Part shown: piece after piece, positions 1 through 8,566 of the stretch
Position numbering within the stretch: position 1 is the first letter of the stretch
How the letters are laid out: each line of letters starts with the position of its first letter
DNA from: Candidatus Tenderia sp.
GTDB taxonomy: Bacteria; Pseudomonadota; Gammaproteobacteria; Tenderiales; Tenderiaceae
Assembly (NCBI GenBank): GCA_043779675.1
Contig: JAYWDX010000049.1
Location: 1 to 35,512, forward strand
Reading direction: 5' to 3'
DNA length: 35,512 nt
Notes under the pieces: generated by a model
Seen by the model: only the letters and a program-made list of their open reading frames with translations
Databases searched by the model: none
Told to the model about the DNA's origin: nothing
Program-made: the position numbers and the translations under genes

Positions 1-373
1 CATGGTCAAACGCCAACGGCTGCGGCAACTCATCCAGCGTGCAGATCACAAAATCCTTTGCATCATCCTGAGCCAGTGGTTGCCCCTGTGCTTCAGCCAC
101 ATAGACCAGGCTTACGGTATGGCCACGGGCATCTCGGTCTGGGCGAGAATAACACCCCAACAACACCTTCAGGGTGACATTCAGCCCCGTCTCTTCATAT
201 GCCTCGCGGATCGCCGCGGCCTCCACCGTCTCACCAACATCAACAAAACCGCCGGGGATCGCCCAGCCATGGGGCAGGTTGAGCCGCTCAATCAGAACAA
301 TGGGACGACCGGGGCGATCGGCCAGCTCAATGATGATGTCAGCCGCCACTGCGGGTGTTACAGGCCTGGCCAT
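1..373 (-). CDS. Nudix hydrolase (ADP-ribose pyrophosphatase-like), 3' end runs off the window
   Basis: Not in the ORF track. Hand translation from ATG at 373: MARPVTPAVAADIIIE...WAIPGGFVDVGETVEAAAIREAYEETGL...DARGHTVS...QDDA...LAFDH, containing a complete Nudix box (GX5EX7REUXEEXGU). Starts 3 nt after the hslR stop. Confidence 0.92.
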   Translation of the reverse strand, partial: MARPVTPAVAADIIIELADRPGRPIVLIERLNLPHGWAIPGGFVDVGETVEAAAIREAYEETGLNVTLKVLLGCYSRPDRDARGHTVSLVYVAEAQGQPLAQDDAKDFVICTLDELPQPLAFDH

Positions 374-376
374 GGG

Positions 377-775
377 TTACTCCTGTTCACGGATAAAGCG
401 GATGATGCTGCGCCGCTCATGTTTGTTGGGACGACGCTCGGGGGATGAAATACCTGCGGATTGCAGACGGCGCTGCTCTGAATCCTGTTCACGCGCCGTG
501 CGGCTTGCCTCGGTCTCGGCGTAAAGAGTCTGTGCAACGGGTGCCGGGCCACGTTTGTCGGAGAGCGCCATCACCACCACGGTCATCTGCTCGCGGTCAC
601 GCTGAATGCGCAACTCATCGCCCAAGGCCAGCGTCCGGGAAGGCTTTACACGGCTACCGTTGAGATGCACGTGACCACCACTGATGGCGTCACTGGCCAG
701 ACCACGGGTCTTAAAAAAGCGCGCGGCCCAGAGCCATTTGTCGATGCGGATTTTGGGGGATTCTGATTCAGACAT
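377..775 (-). CDS. hslR: Ribosome-associated heat shock protein Hsp15 (S4 domain)
   Basis: RIDKWLWAARFFKTR...GHVHLNG...KRGPAPVAQTLYAET...RPNKHERR motifs. Start placed at the ATG at 775 (MSESES) rather than 793. Confidence 0.93.
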   Translation of the reverse strand: MSESESPKIRIDKWLWAARFFKTRGLASDAISGGHVHLNGSRVKPSRTLALGDELRIQRDREQMTVVVMALSDKRGPAPVAQTLYAETEASRTAREQDSEQRRLQSAGISSPERRPNKHERRSIIRFIREQE

Positions 776-793
776 AGCGATGGAATTTAGCAC

Positions 794-829
794 AAAAACA
801 AAGGGCCGACGTCTTCACGCCAGCCCTTT
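794..829 (-). terminator. Intrinsic terminator-like hairpin between htpG and hslR
   Basis: Minus strand AAAGGGCTGGCGT-GAAG-ACGTCGGCCCTTT (13-bp stem with G:U pairs) followed by GTTTTT. Confidence 0.6.
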
Positions 830-856
830 AAGCCGTAAACAAGCAGCGCTGCGCTG

Positions 857-2749
857 TTACTTGCCGTTTACCACCGATAACAGCAGATCATTCAAACGCG
901 AAACAAAGCTGGCCGGATCTTCCAACTGACCACCTTCGCTCAACAGCGCCTGATCAAACAGCACATGGCTCCAATCACCAAAGCGCGCTTCATCACTCTC
1001 GCTCTGCAACCGCTCCACCAACGGATGGCTGGTATTGATCTCCAGGATTGGCTCCACATTCGGCACGGCATGGCCGGCCTGTTTCAGAATCTTCTGCAAA
1101 CTCACCGCCATATCCTGCTCTTCGACCACCAGGCATGAAGGTGACTTGGTGAGACGGTGGCTGACACGCACCTCTTTCACCTTGCCGCCCAGCGCCTTCT
1201 GCATGCGCTCAACCAGATCCTTATACTGATCAGCCGCCTTTTTGACCTCCTCCTGCTCTGCTTCATCTTCGAGCTTGCCGAGATCAAGATCACCCTTGGC
1301 CACAGACTGGAGCTGCTTACTGTCGAACTCGCTGAGGTAAGACATCATCCACTCATCAACACGCTCACTCATCAGCAGCACTTCGATCCCCTTCTTCTCA
1401 AACACTTCGAGATGCGGGCTGTTCTTGGCGGCAGCGAAGCTATCAGCAGTGATGTAGTAGAGCTTTTCCTGACCTTCCTTCATGCGACTGATGTATGCAT
1501 CCAACGAAACGCTCTGCTCGCCACTCTTGTCGTAGGTAGAGCTGAAGCGCAGCAGTTTGGCGATGCGCTCCTTGTTGCTGCTATCTTCCGCTGGACCTTC
1601 CTTCATCACCTTGCCAAATTCGTTCCAGAAGGTTTTGTATTTATCCGCATCGTTCTTGGCCAGATTCTCCAGCAGGCCAAGCACGCGCTTGATGGAGGCC
1701 GCACGAATGGTGTCGATCTGTTTGTTGCGTTGTAGAATCTCGCGTGAGACGTTGAGTGGCAGGTCATCGGTATCAACAATACCGCGCACAAAGCGCAGAT
1801 AGGTCGGCATCAGCTGCTCGGCATCGTCCATGATAAAAACACGGCGCACATAGAGCTTCACGCCATGGGCGCGATCACGCTCCCACAGGTCAAATGGGGC
1901 GCGTTTAGGAACATAAAAGAGTGTGGTGTAGTTGGTATTGCCTTCAACCTTGTTGTGGCTGTAGGCGAGTGGATCTTCGTAATCGTGGCCAACGTGTTTA
2001 TAAAATTCGTTGTACTCCGCTTCAGTGATCTCGTTCTTGGAACGAGCCCAAAGTGCCGAAGCACTGTTCACCACTTCGTATTCATCCTTCTTATCTTCAG
2101 CCAGCGCTTTCATCTGAATCGGCAGATTAATGTGGTCAGAATATTTCTTAATAAGGGTGCGCAGGCGGTAAGTCTCAAGGAACTCATCCTCACCCTCACG
2201 CAGATGCAGCACGATCTCGGTGCCACGGCTAGTCTTCTCAGCAGTCTCGATGGTGTATTCACCCTCGCCCGCCGATTCCCAGCGTACCCCGTGCCCAGTA
2301 CCGACACCGGCGCGGCGCGTGGTCAGGGTCACCTTGTCGGCGATGATGAAGGCCGAGTAGAAACCGACACCAAACTGGCCGATCAACTGCGAATCCTTGG
2401 CCTGATCACCGCTTAATTTATCGAAGAAGGAACGGGTGCCGGACTTGGCGATAGTACCTATGTTATCCATCACCTCTTCACGGTTCATACCAATGCCATT
2501 GTCGTTAAGGGTGATAGTGCGCTGCTCTTTATCCACATCGATACGGATCTTCAGCTCGCCATCGTCCTCAAACAGAGCGTTGTCGGTCAGCGCCTCAAAA
2601 CGCAGTTTGTCGCAGGCGTCTGATCCGTTAGAGATCAGTTCGCGCATAAATATCTCTTTATTAGAGTAGAGCGAATGAATCATCAACTTGAGCAGCTGGC
2701 GCACTTCGGTCTGGAAACCAAGCGTCTCTTTATGGGCTTCTACGGACAT
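857..2749 (-). CDS. htpG: Chaperone HtpG (Hsp90)
   Basis: [51 protein letters not shown] motifs; 630 aa; GGAG RBS upstream. Confidence 0.99.
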   Translation of the reverse strand: MSVEAHKETLGFQTEVRQLLKLMIHSLYSNKEIFMRELISNGSDACDKLRFEALTDNALFEDDGELKIRIDVDKEQRTITLNDNGIGMNREEVMDNIGTIAKSGTRSFFDKLSGDQAKDSQLIGQFGVGFYSAFIIADKVTLTTRRAGVGTGHGVRWESAGEGEYTIETAEKTSRGTEIVLHLREGEDEFLETYRLRTLIKKYSDHINLPIQMKALAEDKKDEYEVVNSASALWARSKNEITEAEYNEFYKHVGHDYEDPLAYSHNKVEGNTNYTTLFYVPKRAPFDLWERDRAHGVKLYVRRVFIMDDAEQLMPTYLRFVRGIVDTDDLPLNVSREILQRNKQIDTIRAASIKRVLGLLENLAKNDADKYKTFWNEFGKVMKEGPAEDSSNKERIAKLLRFSSTYDKSGEQSVSLDAYISRMKEGQEKLYYITADSFAAAKNSPHLEVFEKKGIEVLLMSERVDEWMMSYLSEFDSKQLQSVAKGDLDLGKLEDEAEQEEVKKAADQYKDLVERMQKALGGKVKEVRVSHRLTKSPSCLVVEEQDMAVSLQKILKQAGHAVPNVEPILEINTSHPLVERLQSESDEARFGDWSHVLFDQALLSEGGQLEDPASFVSRLNDLLLSVVNGK

Positions 2750-2791
2750 TACTTTATTCTCCCTTTGTGGTCGTTGCGGAATGCAGGAATA

Positions 2792-2817
2792 ATGGGGACA
2801 ATTAATTTGATTTCAAG
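2792..2817 (-). promoter_or_regulatory. Sigma32 (RpoH) heat-shock promoter of htpG
   Basis: Minus strand CTTGAA-N14-CCCCAT, matching the RpoH consensus, about 40 nt upstream of the htpG start. Confidence 0.9.
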
Positions 2818-2823
2818 CCGTAG

Positions 2824-4479
<1,656 letters not shown>

Positions 4480-4498
4480 TTTAACAACAAACCAACCG

Positions 4499-4527
4499 CC
4501 CTCTCTCCCACTGCGGGGATGAGAGGG
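4499..4527 (+). repeat. CCCTCTC...GAGAGGG hairpin after pgm (degenerate REP-like element or terminator)
   Basis: CCCTCTCTCCC-ACTGC-GGGGATGAGAGGG imperfect inverted repeat 20 nt after the stop; no U-tract. Confidence 0.4.
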
Positions 4528-4655
4528 TTGAAGCGAGGAGATTGGTGAGCAGAAAATTTACAAAAATAGAAGTTGTGTACACAATTGCAGGGGCTTGAGT
4601 GTGCAGTGCCCCTTATCCTGCGCCACTAATGACAGCAACTTACAAGGAAAATTAT

Positions 4656-5351
4656 ATGCCAAATGTATTGCGTATCGACAGCACAGGCAACGAGGTCAAA
4701 CAGCTGCAAGCATTGTTAAACAAAAAACTCAAACCAACACCCCAGCTTGCAGAAGACGGGGCATTTGGCCCAAACACAGACAAACTAGTCAAAAAATTTC
4801 AAGCCATTAATAATCTTGGCATTGACGGTGTTGTCGGACCAAAAACCTGGGCAGTACTCTTGGGCGGAGCTAAGCCAGCGGCACAACCGACGGTTCTAGT
4901 ACACGTCACCCCATCGTCCCCATGGATGCGCTATGCAAAAGACGAGATCAACCAGAAAGAGACCAAAGGCAATACACATAATCCACGCATCATCAACTAC
5001 CACGCCACAACAACACTTAAAGCCGATACAGATGAAACCCCATGGTGCTCATCTTTTGTAAACTGGTGCCTTATACAAGCCGACATCAAAGGAACCGATT
5101 CGGCCGCCGCCGTTAGCTGGTTAACATGGGGCAAGAATTCAAATGCCCAGAGTGGCGCAATCACCGTGATATACAACTCAGCAGCAGCCAACTCCAGCTT
5201 AACCAGCTCTGGTAACCATGTGGGTTTTTTAGTTAAAGAGACCGCAACACATTTTTTTATACTAGGCGGCAACCAGAGTGATCAGGTAAAGATCTCCTCC
5301 TTCCCAAAAAGCACGTGGAACCTAAAAGGTTGCAGATGGCCCAATACATGA
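4656..5351 (+). CDS. Peptidoglycan-binding domain + TIGR02594-like (NlpC/P60/CHAP-type Cys-His) putative peptidoglycan hydrolase
   Basis: N-terminal VKQLQALL...DGAFGPNT...VKKFQ...DGVVGPKTW (PG_binding_1 pattern); C-terminal PWM...NPRI...DETPWCSSFVNW...SWLTWG...NHVGF...LGGNQ. AAGGA RBS before the ATG at 4656; no signal peptide. Confidence 0.85.
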   Translation: MPNVLRIDSTGNEVKQLQALLNKKLKPTPQLAEDGAFGPNTDKLVKKFQAINNLGIDGVVGPKTWAVLLGGAKPAAQPTVLVHVTPSSPWMRYAKDEINQKETKGNTHNPRIINYHATTTLKADTDETPWCSSFVNWCLIQADIKGTDSAAAVSWLTWGKNSNAQSGAITVIYNSAAANSSLTSSGNHVGFLVKETATHFFILGGNQSDQVKISSFPKSTWNLKGCRWPNT

Positions 5352-5805
5352 AAAAAAACTCCACAGACACGCCTTGATATTTAAAATAACTATTGCTACC
5401 TGTCTGCTAGCACTTTTTGCTATCGGCTGTTCCACGCAGGGGCAGAAAATCACAGCACAAGAATTTTGGACAGAGTTCCGGCAAGCGGTATTAGAAAACG
5501 ACAATACCAAGTTGGCAGACATGACTCAATTGCCACTGGAAATCCGTGGTGTCGATGATAGTCAGCCGGCCCAACAATACAACAAAGACCAATTCGGTAC
5601 TATCTTTGCCAAAATACTGGATCAACCCGTCACCGCCATAGAGGGGGAAAAGATTGTTACTAACACCACCAGAGATATTATTAATTCCACCAAAACAATC
5701 ACCAAAGAACAAAACATGACAAGTGACTCTTTCCGGGTTGACCAGCTAGTATTTGAATTTAAAAATGGGCAATGGAAGCTCGTTCGTGTGTATCTTGAAG
5801 AGTAG
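5348..5805 (+). CDS. Lipoprotein, putative immunity/inhibitor partner; likely true start (ATG 5348) is out of frame at an A8 tract, alternative TTG start at 5374
   Basis: Hydrophobic signal and lipobox ...LLALFAIG-C. The ATG at 5348 overlaps the upstream stop (ATGA); one extra A gives MKKKLHRHALIFKITIATCLLALFAIGC. Confidence 0.7.
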
Positions 5806-5905
5806 AGGTGGAATCCCCTATCAGAAAAAATCGAAATTTAGTCAACGACAAACAACATCTACAGAAAACTCAATAAATATTAGCCAAACCAATTGAAATC
5901 ACAAA

Positions 5906-5980
5906 TAAACTACCACCTGCTAAAGCAGGTGGGTTAGCGCAGTCAGGTGCGACGACTAAAGTCGTCAACCGCACCTGTCT
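5906..5980. mobile_element. Orphan IS200/IS605-like end (two TAAA-loop hairpins), no transposase
   Basis: CCACCTGC-TAAA-GCAGGTGG (5913-5932) and CAGGTGC-GACGAC-TAAA-GTCGTC-aacc-GCACCTG (5944-5977); resembles the subterminal hairpins recognised by Y1 (HUH) transposases. Confidence 0.6.
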
Positions 5981-6375
5981 AAACGCGCATGAGTCAACAC
6001 ATGAAGGTCAAAGTCACCCAGCCATGATGTCGCTATAGTTATCAGCGAGCGCCTTAATCCAGTTGTTCCTATTTTGAGATCGCGCTTTTGGAACAGATTT
6101 CACAGTTTTATTTACATCATGCAACTAGAGTTATTAACAATCAGCATCTTGCCAGGATACTGATGGAGTGCTCAAAACATCATTTACATGACAAAGATAC
6201 TGACGCGCCCTCATCTAATAACCCTTGTTTTTGATTAATCAAAAAAATCTGGGGGACGGTGCTCAGATCAAATCCGATATATCCACATCAGAATCAGTGG
6301 CAATATATTTCTTTTATTTCCATAAAAACTTAATGGAATATTAATATATCCAGCGTATTATCGCACTCACCTCAA

Positions 6376-6403
6376 ACGCTATGCCTGCTTTTTGGCATAG
6401 CGT
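6376..6403. repeat. Perfect 10-bp inverted repeat upstream of the micropeptide gene (operator or RNA hairpin)
   Basis: ACGCTATGCC-N8-GGCATAGCGT. Confidence 0.55.
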
Positions 6404-6501
6404 CTTCTCTGAAACTTAATAAGAGATAGCGAGGAAGTACTAGCACTTAATTGCTAGATTGTTGCAAATCTCAATAACTTTAAAAAAATCAGGAGTTTAT
6501 C

Positions 6502-6567
6502 ATGGGTGGAATGAACGGCGGTATGGGCGGTATGGGTGGTCGTGGTTGTGGCGGCGGCGGCATGTAA
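6502..6567 (+). CDS. 21-aa Gly/Met-rich micropeptide MGGMNGGMGGMGGRGCGGGGM
   Basis: AGGAG at 6491-6495, 6 nt before the ATG; in-frame TAA at 6481 bounds it upstream; GC-rich, with mixed GGT/GGC/GGA Gly codons inside AT-rich DNA; followed by hairpins and a terminator. Below the ORF-track cutoff. Confidence 0.75.
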   Translation: MGGMNGGMGGMGGRGCGGGGM

Positions 6568-6641
6568 TATGCCCGCGTCATGCGCGCACTCTTGTTATTA
6601 AGAGGTGCAGCGCATAACCGTTATGGCTCACGCCATAAAAT

Positions 6642-6675
6642 AAAATAGGGGGGCAATCTGCTCCCCTATTTTTTT
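6642..6675. terminator. Bidirectional intrinsic terminator between micropeptide and ABC exporter
   Basis: AAAATAGGGGGGCA-ATC-TGCTCCCCTATTTT followed by further Ts; A-tract on the left side. Confidence 0.85.
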
Positions 6676-6796
6676 AATCAAAAAACCCAACACTACCCAC
6701 TTAATCAAAAAAATAAAATAACTTTCCGTCCTTATAACCACCGCTTAATGCCATTTAAATTCAACGCCATCAACAAAGCTTAGGCTGTTATTTCAG

Positions 6797-8566
6797 TCAC
6801 GAATCAGACTGCCATGCCACGGCATTCCGATAGGCGGGATGAGAGGCATATAACTCATCATGAGGCGCTACTGTAATTGAGCCATCATCATTAAAGTAAA
6901 GTATGCGGTCGGCATTGCGAATGGACGAGTAACGATGGGCAATTATAAAAGTCGTACGTCCTGCGCGTAACCTATCCAGCGCCACTACCACTTCTCTCTC
7001 CGACTGACTATCCAGTGCAGATGTTGCCTCATCCATTATCAAAAATGGTGTGTCCCGTAACATCGCCTGGGCAATGGCGATGCGCTGATACTGCCCGCCT
7101 GAAAGCTCTACTCCACCAGTGCCCACTCGCGTATCGAGACCATCACTAAGCCCGACGATAAACTGCCATGCCCCACTTGCTTCGCAGGCACTGATCATCT
7201 GCGCCTCTGTTGCATCCGCCTGCACCAACAACAGATTGGTACGGATGGTATCGTTCATGATAAAAGGACTTTGCCAGATGATAGAGAATTGTTCCCTCAA
7301 TGATGCGATAGTCACTTTGCGAATATCCATAGCGTCAATCGTGATACGACCTTGCTGGGGATCATAAAAACGCATCAGCAACCGTGCCAGAGTCGACTTA
7401 CCTGCGCCGCTCGGCCCAACCAAGGCAACGGTTTCGCCCGATTCAATCGTAATATCAATCCCATTCAACAACGGCTTACCACCAGGGTAGGCAAAACAGA
7501 TGCCTTCAAAGCGGATCAAACCCTTCGAAACTTCCAATAATCCTGCATCGGATACGTCCTTTGTCTCAGGCACCATATCAAAGATCGCTAAAACACGCTG
7601 GGCGGCCCCCAGGTCACCCTGTAGCTGCATGGGCGCTTGCGCGATCCCCCTCACTGGCACCGAGAGATACCCCAGGTAGAGTAGAAAGCTGACCATGGCT
7701 CCAATGCCAAGCCCTTGGCTCTCTATCCGATCGATACCCACAAAGACAATGATAATGCCGCAAAAATAGATCATGGCGGCCAAGGTCACTGCAAACCCCT
7801 GATCCAACCAACGCATCTTCATACCCCAATGACGGGCGCGTTCGTAACATTCTCCATGCCGTTCAGCCATACGTGCCTCGCCCCTGACCGAACTGATGCC
7901 GCGCAGATTACTCAACGTCTGCTCCTCAAACGCCAGCAGTTCTCCTGACTCATGATAAAAACGTTCTGATACCTTGCGCTTACGCGGACCAAACATGGCT
8001 TGATGAATGACAAACAGCGGCACAAACATTAGCGCCACCAATGCCAGATACCAATCTATCCAAAACAACATGCCACAATAAAACAGCAAGGTGAGCAGGT
8101 GAGAGACAAGAAAAAAAGGGACCTCAAGCACCATGTTCTGCACGGCATCAACATCACTGCTGAGTCGGGCAAGCAGATCGCCTTTGTGCAGATGTGCAGC
8201 ACCTGGTGCGGAGACGTTAAGTAAATGGCGTAGCGCGGCTTGGCGTAATCGGCCCACAAAACGCAGCCCCAGCCAGTTGGCCATCAGCGTGGATGAGAAG
8301 TGAAACGCCTGATTGATCACAACAACCAACGCCAACCACAACAGCACCGACTTGACCTGCTCAAAACGCCCTGCTTGCAGGTGGTCAAAAGGGAGTCCTA
8401 TCAACCAGACCATAGCGGTATTGGTGACTGTTAAGCCTACAATGGCACCAACCACTAAACTGATAAACATCATATCAGCACGTGCATATGGCAAAAAATG
8501 CCGGAATACCTGCCAGAAGACAGGCCCTTGCGTAAGGTTCACGTCTTTATTATCAGGATCACTCAC
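6797..8566 (-). CDS. ABC exporter, fused permease + ATPase (MsbA/peptide-exporter type), no C39 peptidase domain evident
   Basis: N-terminal transmembrane domain; Walker A GPSGAGKS, signature LSGGQ, Walker B LIMDE, H-loop IAHR. Start placed at GTG 8566, which overlaps the upstream stop (GTGA). Confidence 0.92.
   Translation of the reverse strand: MSDPDNKDVNLTQGPVFWQVFRHFLPYARADMMFISLVVGAIVGLTVTNTAMVWLIGLPFDHLQAGRFEQVKSVLLWLALVVVINQAFHFSSTLMANWLGLRFVGRLRQAALRHLLNVSAPGAAHLHKGDLLARLSSDVDAVQNMVLEVPFFLVSHLLTLLFYCGMLFWIDWYLALVALMFVPLFVIHQAMFGPRKRKVSERFYHESGELLAFEEQTLSNLRGISSVRGEARMAERHGECYERARHWGMKMRWLDQGFAVTLAAMIYFCGIIIVFVGIDRIESQGLGIGAMVSFLLYLGYLSVPVRGIAQAPMQLQGDLGAAQRVLAIFDMVPETKDVSDAGLLEVSKGLIRFEGICFAYPGGKPLLNGIDITIESGETVALVGPSGAGKSTLARLLMRFYDPQQGRITIDAMDIRKVTIASLREQFSIIWQSPFIMNDTIRTNLLLVQADATEAQMISACEASGAWQFIVGLSDGLDTRVGTGGVELSGGQYQRIAIAQAMLRDTPFLIMDEATSALDSQSEREVVVALDRLRAGRTTFIIAHRYSSIRNADRILYFNDDGSITVAPHDELYASHPAYRNAVAWQSDS

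Noticed and set aside
2-524. Plus-strand ORFs 2-448 and 174-524
   Set aside because: Shadows of the minus-strand Nudix and hslR genes.
6163-6234. 23-aa sORF MECSKHHLHDKDTDAPSSNNPCF as a second precursor
   Set aside because: Only a weak AGGA upstream and no compositional contrast with flanking DNA; compatible with chance.
6231-6242. FNR box
   Set aside because: TTGAT-N2-ATCAA; FNR needs a 4-nt spacer.
6392-6456. Sigma54 promoter or glutamine riboswitch upstream of the micropeptide
   Set aside because: TTGGCA lacks GC at the required GG-N10-GC spacing, TAGCAC..TTGC lacks GG and has the wrong spacing, and GGAAGTA alone is not enough for a glnA-type motif.
6502-6567. Broken 3' fragment of groEL or dnaK
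   Set aside because: In-frame stop at 6481, no chaperone-like sequence upstream, and it has its own well-spaced AGGAG RBS.
5806-6796. CRISPR array in the long AT-rich intergenic region
   Set aside because: No regularly spaced direct repeats of 23-47 nt and no cas genes.
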